NCBI RefSeq assembly: GCF_009834535.1
Contig: NC_045706.1
Location: 52,452,001 to 52,516,000, forward strand
From: Camelus ferus
Lineage: Eukaryota
Reading direction: 5' to 3'
DNA: 64,000 nucleotides
A program made the position numbers and the translations under genes. Shown here piece by piece: positions 23,601 through 36,000 of the stretch; the stretch's first letter is position 1; each line of letters opens with the position of its first letter. A model generated the notes under the pieces. That model did not search any database, was not told the origin of the DNA, and saw only the letters and a list, made by a program, of their open reading frames with translations.

Positions 23601-25188
23601 ATCAGACTGTCAGAGCCAGATGTGTTCTATTAGGTGGAAGATTCATGGCGGCCCGTGGGCAGTTTTTTTTTTTTCCAATATGGAGGCATGTTAACTCACC
23701 ATAGGGTGAATCCTGACAAACTCAAGCCAGTCAGATAAAAGGGGTAATATTCCAAGCCATCAAAGTAGTATGTTCCAGAGACAGATAACACCTGGTACCA
23801 CCCACTATCAGCAGTGTCTCTCTGACCCAGGCCATTCCATCAATAGGCAAGAAGTATACCCTTCTTCATATTTCTAGAGAGACTCCAGTGCCTTTATTAA
23901 GTTTTAATGAGACCCTAATCAAGGCCCTTATAATACGGCTTCTCTTGTTTAGTTTGTCTTTATTTGGGGCAAAAAATATGTGCAAGAGGTTCATACTGCT
24001 CTCATAAACTGCTTTCTGCTGTTCTTATTTAACCTGTAGTTTTTCATTGGCATTAGAATATAAATTATATATACATATACTTTTTTTTTTCCAAAGCAGG
24101 TTAGAGAATGAGGAGTTGAAGATCAGGAAGTAATGAAAATATTTTGGCATTTTGCAGTGAAATTTGCTAGAGCCCAGGAATTATATGCTGTGCTCTCTGC
24201 AGCGACATACTTTTGGTTATTTTTTTGTAATGCAAACTTTGTTCTGTTAGATCATATATCAGCAGATTTCTTTTGTTTTCCTTTTGGAGAGAGTAATTTA
24301 GAGTGTTCTGGAATTAAGAAAAAGTATAGTAATATCAGTATAGAAAAAGTTTGGATTCCAATGAACAGCAGATGGAGACTGGACTGACGGGCCCGAGAAG
24401 GAAGGTCTTTTCCTCAGTCCTTGCAGAGTCTGTATTATGACCAACCCCGTTGTTACTGGGTCTGCTTAATTTTATTTGAGTTTCTTTTTTGCAGCTTGAA
24501 AATGAAAAAAAAAAAAAAAGAAAGAAAAAGAAAGAAAGCAACTTGTCTTTATTTTCAATGACTCTCTTGAGAAATTTTAGCCTGAAGAACCAGACAGAAC
24601 TGTGGATGTTTTCCCCCCTTTTGATGTGAGCTTTCTAATAGGAACAGACCTGAAACCCAAAAGCAAATTTCTGCTTGAGAGCAAAGCCAAAATTCCCATT
24701 CAAACTCTGCAGGAGGACCCCCGCTGCTCAGATTTGTTCATATAAGATTCTGTCATTTTAGAAGGGAGACTAAAGACTTGCTGGGAATTTTTTTCTGTGA
24801 GTTTTTTTTTCTTTTCTTATACTTCATGAATTATGGTTTGCGGGTTCAATTTCAATCTCCTTATCCAAAAAACTCTTTTCTTCTGTTAATATAATCTGTA
24901 CATCACTTGAATTTAAACTTTCATGTTTTTTGTTTTATATTAAAGAGCTGGAGTAAATTTTTATAATTTTTTATTATTGTTATTTATTTTAGGTACAGTT
25001 TGTTTTCAGATTGCTGGTAGGGAGACAGGAAAACCTCCGTTTCCTAAAACTCAGTGTACTAGGAAGCTTAGTCAACCAGATTTTTAATCTCTGAATTTGA
25101 ATGATCTTGATTCTGTAAGAAGAAAAACTAACGTCAGGATTTTATTCTTTTAAAAGGGAAAAGAGGGCCCTTTTAGGTTGTCCTAGAA

Positions 25189-25345
25189 CAGTGTTTCTTA
25201 AAGTGTGGTCCCCTAATCTGCAGCATCCCTGTCACTTGGGAACCAGCAAAAATGCAAATTCTTGGCCCCAACTCAGACTCTCTTAACCAGGAATTCTGCA
25301 GATGGGCTCAGCATTCTGTGTTTTAACACGCCTTCCAAGTGATCG
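25189..25345. mobile_element. MER5A1 fragment
   Basis: cagtgtttcttaaagtgtggtccc...aatgcaaattcttggccc...ctgtgttttaacacgccttccaagtgat, preceded by tcctagaa. Confidence 0.85.
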
Positions 25346-26895
25346 GGTACATGGGCAAGGTGGAGAATCTCTGTCCTGGGGGCAGCCCCCAGAGTTCCTT
25401 CACCTGCCAGTGTCCAGGAATGTGTAGCAAATGTTGAGATTCAGAAGTCTCCTGAGACCATTTCATCTGTTCTACATTAAAAAAGCCGTCTTTTGAGTAT
25501 CTCCATACCCCAGGACTCATGGAACATGCATGAAGAGCCATCAGCTCTGCCCTTTTAGAGCTTGTATTAAAAAAAAAAAAGTTCTTAAGACCTTGAGAAA
25601 TATTCAGTGAGCCATCTTCCCACCCTAGTGAAACCTCTGAGCTGTATCATCCTCACTGTAAATAGTCAAAGAAATACTCCCGTGTGGTCACCATCGTGTA
25701 CCTAGTAAGACAATGAAATTGAACTCTGTTTTTCCTAGTGTTTCATATGTGAGAGAGAACTCAAAAAGGTTTCTATTTAACCACGAGTTAATGAGATAAT
25801 TTAATGAATTAACTGGAACCCGATGTTTCCCTAGTGGCTAGTCTATCCCGTGACTGTTATATTAGGGAAGTCTAAAGGAAGAAAACATGAGAGCCATGTT
25901 ACATTTGCTTTGCTGACCACTTGAGTGGGGTCTCCCCTGAAACAGAGAGCCACACCTGGATTCCACTTTCCTCAAGTCTAATAGGTCGTTTTTATTTACT
26001 CCCTTCTCTGAATCCACTCATTTATTTTAATTCTAGGAAATTCACACTTAAAATGCCATTCCCTAGACTGTCATACCTTTATTGCTGTTTCAAAAATAAT
26101 GCTGTATTTGAAATCCCTGGAAACTCACGAGTACTTTTTTCTCCTAAAGGGAGGTGTTCATTTATTGTTCCAGGCATGAAAGTAATCACTGGTCCATGTG
26201 CCAGAGACCAATGATGGGGGGACCAAATTATGATAAAACAAAAGATGGAATTATTATTTTATTTTTATTCTAGTAGCTTCTGCCTCTCTTTTCAGATTAA
26301 CCTTGGCGGATACTCTAAGAGGGAAGACAGTGGCTGGTTGGGTTTTGGGCAGGGAGGTGTCTTAGAAGGAGGCAGCCATAATTTGCATGGATGGAGTATA
26401 CACACTTTCTGTGGATTTTATTGACTCGGTTTTTACTTTATGTTTTTTACTTTTTTCCCTATCAAATGATGATTAGTAACTCCATGCCATTGAGTGGCAT
26501 ATTTCCTTTTGTACTTCCATGATAAAAATGATGTTTTTCTAAGCAGTGCAGGAATCTGTCTTTGTTTATCTTTGCAAGCTCCTTTACATTTATGCGGGTG
26601 ATATGCAAACATTCCCGACCCTTCATCCTGGAAGATTAATTAGAGCAATTGATGGTAAAGAAAATTAGTCCCTGGAATCAAGACCAGAGGCATCTAAAAA
26701 GACGGGGGAGAGGTGTCTGGTAGCCCCATTCCTAGAAAACCTTCAGCATAGATCAAGCAAACATGACATATTGATCATTACAGAGCCTATAATTGGTGAC
26801 CAAAAGCACAATGTGGCTTTAATGGCCCTCCCTGAATCGGTGCCCTCATTTATTTATTTTTTTAAAAAGGAAGCAGCTGTTTTTCCTAAATTCAT

Positions 26896-26913
26896 GCTGC
26901 CCTCTAGTGGCCA
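26896..26913 (-). promoter_or_regulatory. CTCF core motif
   Basis: Reverse complement TGGCCACTAGAGGGCAGC fits the consensus TGGCCACYAGRKGGCRSY at all key positions. Confidence 0.7.
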
Positions 26914-29900
26914 TGCTCCCAACCTCACATGAACGGTGGAAAAGATGAATGTGGGGGGAATGGGGGGGAGTGGTGGAGATGATGAAGTGCTGAACTTTTT
27001 CTTTCTTTCTCTTTCCCGGCTGAAAGATTTCTGAGTTCTTCGGTCAAAAACTGAGAAAGAAAAATGAAGCTGTACCATTTGACTACTGTCCATTTTGACT
27101 GACAGCTTGGTTGATGTGATATCCATCGGTGAGCGGCACTGAGGGAACTTGATGAATCTGAACTCATTTGCATCCCATCTTGGCATGCACTTTGGAACCC
27201 AGCCCATCTCCAATCCATTAAACATCATGTAGAATACGGAGGTGGAGGAGAGGGGGGCTTTGAAGATTCAAGTTTCCCTCAGTGGAACAGTAGGTAGGAG
27301 TCAGCCTAAGTCAAGTTGTTGATCTCTGATGTTCTCCCGTCCCAAAGGCAGTGCTCTGTAGTTCAGAGGTATCTGGAATAGAAAGACAGAGTTGTAGTTA
27401 CGTAGGCATCCGGTCTGATACTGTAACCTTTGGGAAGCCACTTAGAACCTCCTTTTTCTCCTTTCCTGAAAATGAAGATACTTAAATTCTGTCCCAGCAA
27501 GAATTCTTCAATACATTTCAAGAAATACTTTTAGAAAAAAATTTCCTATTCTGTGTTCAAGTGTACTAGGAAGTCCAGCAAAATAATAAATTATCATAGG
27601 ACTGTATAAGTAAATCATTGTTTAGGAAGTCAGAGTGAAAACTATTTCTGGCTTCATTCTTAGCTGGCACCAAAAAACGAAAGTAACCTGAGAAGAAAAC
27701 CCAAAATTCGAGCTGCTAAGAAACTTTAGCAGTGGTGGGTTGTTTTTTTTTTTCCCCTTTTGGTTTTTCCGGAGCAGGGATATTGTTGGTGCATGGAAAT
27801 GTTTAGTGTGGTGTTCAATCTCTGATATTGACATGTACCTATTTGGTTGAAATATAGCGTGTGTCATGGTTAAGGGTCAATCATATTACCAATGTTCAAA
27901 AAAGGTTGCAAGGCAGCCCACTCTGAGACCTGAAATTCTTTCCTGTCCATCTCTGCCTACCCAAGTCACCCCCAGTACAATATAATTGAAAAAGCATTGA
28001 CATCTGAGGAAAAGCATGCTGACTGTTTCCAGGATTCACATCATGGAAACATCCACTAGCAGATAATGTTGAAATCTGTCAGCCTAATACTTCCTCAATG
28101 TAGAGAGGATGTTGAATGGCTCAGTCAGGTCGGGTAGGGCCACAGCAACTGCAGGTGGAGCTCAGGGCCCAGGGGCTCAAGGTGCGACAGTGGAGCTGGT
28201 TACTAGGGATCCACTCAAAAGTGCAGTTACCTCTTGCACATGCACCCGCCTTCCACATTTCCCACTGACAGATTATGCAAGGGAAAAGCTGGCCCTGCAC
28301 TTCCTCATTCTCCTCTCTTCCCTCTCCTACCCCATTCTCCTCTTCTAAAATGACAAGCCTCATTTCTGCTGCCCTGGGAGCCCGGAGTGCCTTTTCCATA
28401 GGCTCTGGCTTGTCACCTGTCAACTTGTCTGCCTGCTCACGCAACCGTTTGTGCAACCTCCCCGGGTTGGGAAGCTGGCTTCTCAGCCTTGAATTCCTCT
28501 CACCTTCAGTACAGATTTTGCCAAGATACTTTCCCCGCTGACTGGTTTCCTTCCCTTGCTTTTTCCTTCCTTACAGACCTGCAGGTGAGACCTGACAGGG
28601 CCCAGCGTTTGTCTAAGGAGGCTGTATAATCTGTTTATCTCTCAGTGGCAAGTGTAACCTTCCATCAGGCTTCACTGGAGGGAGCTGCACATTGGGGCCA
28701 CATGTCCTTTTCTCAGAGGGACATGGTGCCTGGCACTTGTGCCAGCTTCCTTCAGGATCTGGATGCATCCTAAGCCTTGGTTAGGTGGCCTGTACTGTGT
28801 GTTTTTGAATGGTACTTGGTAGAAAGCAGCATATCACAACCCCACAGTTTAGATTCTGTCATGCAGCCAAAGTATTTACATTTGTCCTACGTCCTCTTCG
28901 TGCTAAAAATAAATAAAAACTACCATTTACTTTAATCTAGAATAAACATTGTTGACAGCAACTAAAGCTGCACATAATGCAATTTATCATGATGAATAAG
29001 TGACCGAAGATTTATATCTTGTTGGTATATTGAAAAATGCACAATTTCTCGGGAAGGAATTAGCCTTTGCAGCAATAATGAAAACAAAATAAAACTGAAG
29101 TGATCTAAAAATTACAGACAATAAAATGTGTCATCTAAACTTCACCAGAGGAGTGAAGTCTTCCTGTCACAATTTAGATCTGCAAGATTTTACTCAAGGA
29201 AATGTAACCTTGTGAAAATAAATGTCTTAGAGAGAGTTAGAAGATGTAACCGGTAAAATTTGATATTTGCCGAAAGCTGATTGAGGAATTTAACCTTAAT
29301 GTAAGAAACTACATGGAAAAGAATCGATCCCATTGAAAATAAATTCAATAAAACCAAAGTGAAAATATTAAGCATCAAATATGGCTAAACTTTGAATTTG
29401 AAAGTTAAGGAATTAAGTTGGCTAAATGTTGTTTGCTCTGAAAGAAAAAGTACCAGTCTGGTTCATGGTTGCATTCATAAGCCTGAAGCCAAAGCGTCCT
29501 GGGGATCAACATGGCAGAATTCCAGTGTTTACCATTGCAGAACATCAGGGTCCATGGAGCAGGGTGAGAATATGCCTTACGGGGTTGTTTTGTATAATGA
29601 GGGAGAAGAGTTCAAAAGAGTGTGCTGGTTTGAGAAACGAGGGCACCTCCCTGGAGCAGCGTTGTTAAAGAGGTGGTCACTGTAGTACTGAGGGTGGGCA
29701 GCGTGCCCACCACTGCAGAGAAGATGGAAGGAGCTCTGATGGGTGTTTTGGGGTTTAGCAGGCGTTGCAGGACCACAGCATCCCATTCCAGCCCAAGACA
29801 CAGATTTATAAACTGAGGCACTTGCCGGAAGTCACACTCAGCCAGTTTGGGAGGGGAGCCTCCTTTTCTTTGTCCTTTCTACCTTTCTGTGGGTCAGGTG

Positions 29901-31609
29901 GAGAGCCTCTCCCTATTTCACTTCTAACCTAAGGCTTCTCAGATGGGTCTGCAAATGAAGAAAAAATACCCCCACCCCCCACCGTGGAACAGGGACTTTG
30001 TCATCCTTCCACAAAAACTGCTCCCAAGCAAAGCCTTCCCTTAAGACCATTTTAAAATCTCTCCTTTTCATTTTGCTTTAGTATTTAAGTAGCTTACGCT
30101 GAAGGAGGATGTTGTGCCGGAGCCTGTAATTCCGCAGGCCCTGCTAAATCCTCTGTGTTATCCACAGCAGAGCTGATAGTACATCACACAGGCTGACCTC
30201 AGGGTATTGCTCCAGCCACTTCTCAAGATCATAAAACATGGGTGTTTATTCCTTCCCAGTGCCCAGTTTGCTCAGGACCCGCACATAACAAAGACCAAGG
30301 AACGTGCTTTCTGGGGAACATCCTTTCCCTGGGATGATGTTTACAGCTCTTAAGGCTGGATGATAGCGTTCAGTCCACCCCTCTTTCCAACCAGACGTTG
30401 TGCTCGCTTTGTTTCTGTGGGAGAGAAGTGTTCAGTGCAGAAACCATATCAGTGTTGAGGAACTGAGGCTGTTGCCTTCTCTTACTTTGCCCTTGAATAT
30501 TTAATCTGTTTATAGTTTTAAAACATTTCAAATGCCTGTCATCTCAAGAGAGGTTAAAGTATGAGTGTTGAACAGTCGAAATTCCTAACTTTGTGGATTT
30601 TGTTTAAATTGTGTACAGATAATTTTAATGGTATTAATTAATTTATGTAGTCACCAAATATTTCTTCAACACCTCCTTTGTACTAAGTACTGTTTCAAGC
30701 ACTAGGTATTAGAAATTGGGTGAGAGGGTGTATTGCAGAGGTGACATGTTAATGGATATGTGTAGTGTCACATGGAACCTTCCGTAATGGACTAGAAAGA
30801 CTCTAAATACTCTTCCCTGTCACTGGGCCCACCCACCTCTTCACAACACTGTCATCACTTTCTTCAGAGGCCATGAGGAGTCCAGTTCCTTGCCTTCCTC
30901 ATACAGACAGGAGAACCAGAGTTTCATAAGGTGCCCTCTGTCCCTCTCCTCTTTTGTAATGCTAATTGAAAGGTTCTGGTCTTCACAAACAGATTACAAT
31001 CTGTTTCTCATTACACAGTTACTCTTATAAACCCTGGTGATATTAGCTTTTAAAACAGTGATGACCAAAACTAACATTAATAGTGATAATAAAATTGATA
31101 CTTCCTTTACTTCACAAATATGAATTTTTTGGCCCAACCTGTACTCCATCATTTAATGTGTTTCTGTACTTGCATGAGAAAAGTGTATTACTCTTTCGCA
31201 ACTAAAATACGAATGGTAGACCACTTCCTCTGATGTTGAGTCATTAGTTCTATTGAACATGGGGTGAAGAGACCGGAGCTTACGTCAAAGCTAGGGGGAT
31301 GCAGGCTAATTAGTGGTAAGCACTTCCCCTCTTTGAGTATGAAATACAGGTTGCAGGAAAGTGAGTAGAAACTCACTCCTTAGGGATGTTGAGGTCCAGC
31401 AGAGCTTCCCTTCTGTATATTATGAGAACATGGGCTGGATGGGTTTCAAGAGCTGACTTAGTCCAAATCAGATTTTGATTAAATGATTGGATCTGCCTCC
31501 TACAACAGGCAGTAGGGTCCCTGGCATCCTTATCTTTGTAAGAGAAACACTCAGACATGCTCGGTATTTATTTCAGAATTAAGGTGGGCCTCCAAGATAT
31601 CTGGCCCCT

Positions 31610-31720
31610 TAACCTGATTTTACAAGTGGGGAAACCAGCCCAGTGAGGGAAAGGTGTGTGTACATGGTCACATAACTGTTAGGGGCAGAGCTGGGTTTAA
31701 ATACACATCTTTCCCCAGCT
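31610..31720 (-). mobile_element. MIR
   Basis: ttttacaagtggggaaaccagcccagtgagggaaag...ggtcacataactgttaggggcagagctgg. Confidence 0.7.
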
Positions 31721-34700
31721 CCCCTTCTAAATAGATGGTAGGGCGAGGCCATCCAGGAGATCAGGGAGTCCTGAGGTCTTTGCTGTACTCTGCATAAGTA
31801 TGCATAGACTTCCTCTCCAGGACACCCAGGGTTTTCCTCAGCAGTCTAGTATCCACTGTGCCGTTGGCATAGTAGTGCGTCCAAGAAAAGACATTGATTC
31901 CCACCCCCTCAGAAGCCCGAAGGTCCTAACTTAACATGCATAATTAGAGCACCCATTCCACTGGGGGAAGCATTTCAAAGATAAAGGATCTCTTTAAGAC
32001 AGATTCTCCCCAATACCTTTTTTTTTCATAATTCTAGTTTTAAGAGTTTAAGGTGATGGCAGAGCTGGCTAGTTAAGAAAAATTAGGAGTCTCATTTGTC
32101 AGGAGACTGTTTCCCAGGGGACAGGGCACTCTCATTTTTCCAGGCCCTCCCAAGAGAAACCCTTGCCCAGACAGCTCCATGCCAGCCTGATGCACGACAA
32201 GCCTGCTTCACTTATTTCGGCCACAGCTAGATATTTTAAGTGAAAACACTACATAGACCATTCAATGTTTTGTTCCCTCTCCGGTCGGTCCCAAGACATT
32301 GAGAGTTCCAGGGGAGACAAAGAGACTCTGCACTGCAGATGTAAAGGGAAACCACCCCCTTCTGAGTCGCACCCAGCCAGTCCCTGAATTCTGGCCTCGA
32401 AGCGCCTCCCCATCAAAACGTTCTATGCAAGCAAACAGTTCCGTCTGTAATTTGCACAGTGGATGGCAGAGCCCACGATGGCAGAAGAAAGGCCACAGGG
32501 AGAGCAGGAGAGAGGGAGAAGCACACAGCCACCACCTCACTCCATTTAGAGCAGATCCTATTATTTTACCCATAACCTTCATGGTAAAGTCTGAGGGCTG
32601 CACATGGACTAGGCTTTTTTCTTTTTTTCTTCCTTGTCCATGTTAATTTATTTATTAAGCACAAAAGCCCCATTTGGAGGGTAATCACTTCCCGGCTGTG
32701 AGCTCAGGTAGGCATCTCCACAGAGGCAACTGCTTGCTTCATTTAAGCAATTGTAGGCAGTCTGAGTTAACAAATTTCAGCCCATTTTAACTGTCGCTAG
32801 CCAACCCACCTTTCTCTCCAGGGGAGCACCAGCAGCCGGCTTTTTTCATCTTCGGCTGCCAGGCTGTCCCTATGCCGTGCCTTCCTTTGAGGAGCCCGCA
32901 GACAGAGAGCCTTCCCCTTTCCGGATTTTATTCAAGGTGACAGCTCCTCACAGGCCAGCGATCTGATCACCTCAAGAAGCCCAGATATCCGGGCGGGGAG
33001 GGGAATGTGGGTCTCCTCCTGCAAATTCCCAGTTTAGATTGACTGAGGGTTTCCTTAGCCCCCGCGACCCCCACTCTCTGACAGCACAGGGCTGCCAGGA
33101 ACTTTGCAATAGCAGCGAGTTTGTGTAATGATGTCTGGGGAGAAAGGTTCTGCAGGAGCCGGCGAAGAAGACCCCAAGTGATAGGGAGTGATGTCAGCTT
33201 GCGTTAGAGCCGCAGACAGTGTTCGACTCTCCTTGGCATAATATAGCTCTGGTATCTCTGTCAGCATCTCTGTTTTCTGTCACCGCACACAATCCTGGGC
33301 CTGTCTGGAGCCCTGACAGTGTCTTTTCAGATCAGGTTATTGCCAGCACAGAGACGAGCTCTGCTCCCCACCACACAGCCCCTGTGTTTGAAGTCGGCCC
33401 TCTTGTCATTAGTGCACTTGATGTCTATTTAAATCTGAAGGTGAGTGCGGTATCTGTGTTCCCGTCAAGAGATCATTGACAATATTAATACCTCGTGTCC
33501 TTGCCTCATTTTCCAAGCTCTGACACTTCGCCACAGTCTCCTGCATTCATCACACAGCCTTCTCTCACCGGGGTGTCTATAAACATTCTTACTTCCAGGC
33601 CCAAAGGAACAGGGCAGGCTTTAAAAAGGACTTTTACCAATGCCGACCAGAAAGAAGGGCTGGGGAATGTGGCTCAGATCTCTTCACTTCCCTCCACCTT
33701 CCAGCTCATGTTTAGAAGTATCCAGTCTGCTTCTAGGAGAGCCCTGCTGTCCAGGTTGTGTCTCGGCAAGGTCCCTCTGCAGTTGAGGTTTACCACGAAG
33801 AGAGCACAGAGAAAAGAAATTCAATCCCAAATGAGCTGGAGAGTTTCCCGGAGAGAATGCGCCCGCTGGAGGGGTTTTGTTGAGTGTGTGCTTTCATTCT
33901 TTTACTCAAGAGAAAGACTAAGTTCTTTATAATATCTGACAGTCCTATCCATTCCTTTTTATAAAAATTCATGCTGTCCTGGTGCTGTAGAAAGAAATTA
34001 ACATCCCTCGGCCTCATCCTTGCAGATTCTTGAGAGTTTGTTGGAATCAGTTACGTTTAAGGATTTTCAGAAACTTCGGAGACACTCCCACCCAAGCCTG
34101 TAGGGGATGCTGTTCCTGGAATGCAGCCCCAGCACCCAGGCCCACAGACTTGTCCTCCCACTGGTGACGATATTAGCACCACTTCAGGTGCTACGTAATT
34201 CAGCAACATAAAGGCAGCGGCTCAGTGCCAATAGCCAAAAGAGTAATTTAGGCCCTGAGAAGGGTCTAGGGAGGTTTCATCCAAGCACAATGTTTCCAGG
34301 CACCAGACCAATACTGAACAGCAGAACTTGGGGGACTGGGGGCCAAGGAGAAAGCATGGCCAAAGGGGAAGAGTGGTCCCCAGTGAATTTGCTCAGGGGG
34401 ACGTGGCAGGAAGTGGAGGTGATGAGAGCGAGCCCAAGGCCTGTCTGGGGGCCATGGAATGATGTCATTCTTTCCCAATTAATCGACTTGCAGGGATTCT
34501 GTGACCCCGGCCATTCCCAGCTTTGTCGCAAACCGTCCAAACCATGGAGCATCTGCCTTTTGTTTAGATGTTTCTAAGAGTCACTTTTAATCCTTGTTGA
34601 AGGATGAGATCTAAAGTTCTGTAACAGAGAAACATCTGTACCATCACCAAAATGTTTACCATGTAGGACTTCTGATGTGAAGGACCTGTATAATTTCAAG

Positions 34701-35743
34701 TGCTAATTTATCCGAAATGAACAATAGATGGTAACTGTTGGTTTCGCACTCTCAAAGTAATGGGGGAAAAATCATGCATATAGGTAGCTATTTTTACAGA
34801 CAGATTTGTAGCTGGTGAATTTATGTTTATGGACACTTCTTTTTTTTTTTTTCTGGTTGTGCACACTTCAGAGACTCAAGGACTGTTAGCAATAAGACAG
34901 CTCTGTGAAGCTGAGTTTTAAGTCAGTTTTTCTACAATTAGAAGGAAAAAAAAAAAACCCAAGGTGGCAAAAAGCAAATTGTTGTTACAAATATTTTCTT
35001 GGAAAAACTGATTTTCCTTAATAACCCTACAGAGCTGTCAGAATAGCTATAGCAGGTGATTTCTTATGGATTTTTGTATTACTTACTGAGTTGATTAAAA
35101 GGTTTGACCTTAATCTGTGGGCATTGTTTATAGTTAAGTTCTCCTACGATCTCCTTGAATGTCAGGAAGGCTGTATATGGAGCCACAAAATTATTTAAAA
35201 TAAAACTGAAGATGAAAATGAAATGCAGTCCTGGGAATATAACTCAGGACCCCTGTAGGAAGAAGCCATTTAATGTCAGAGGCTCCTGTTACTTTCTGTG
35301 TGGTTTTTGTCAACACCACCACTCTTCCGTAATCATTATGGACTTGATGCTTCCTGGGATTTGGAAGGTTCTCTCTGGAAGTGAACAAAACTGCTTTGTG
35401 ATAAAGGATTTAAACATAGTCGCATTCTGAGACGATTGTTTTATATCCTTTGTTTGGGCTGGGCCCATCTTTAAACTCTTAATTTCCCATTTTTAGAAAC
35501 TCTACTAAGAGAACTTGGAGAGAGGGAAATGTTGTGCTTTTTTTTTTTTTTCAAGAATTGACCAAACTAGTAATTGGCTAAACATTGTCTAAAATGTAAG
35601 AGAGAAATCATGCGGAAAAATTGTTATTCCTAGGAGCCTGTGCTCTGGTGACATTTTACTTGAATGTCAACTCTGAGGACAAGAAAGTAGAGCCCTTCCC
35701 TTCTCGGGCTTTGTGCACGTGCCACCACCCGTCAGGTCTGTGA

Positions 35744-35911
<168 letters not shown>

Positions 35912-36000
35912 AGGCAAGTTCTCTATGCCTTAGCCACTGACATGAAAGGAAAAGGGAAAAGGGAAAGCAGAAATAAAGATAGAGCGAAACAAAACAACAA
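35912..36000 (+). other. LRMDA: LRMDA short 3' UTR (3' end approximate)
   Basis: Follows the TGA at 35909-35911 and contains AATAAA. Cleavage is presumed 15-30 nt downstream of the hexamer. Confidence 0.7.
35972..35977 (+). terminator. LRMDA: Polyadenylation signal AATAAA
   Basis: Canonical hexamer 60 nt after the stop codon. Only a weak GU-rich tract follows (about 36010-36035). Confidence 0.7.

Noticed and set aside
24970-24998. T-rich tract with TAG|GTACAG as a recursive splice site
   Set aside because: Weak donor, and the tract is interrupted by purines; much poorer than the 28584 site.
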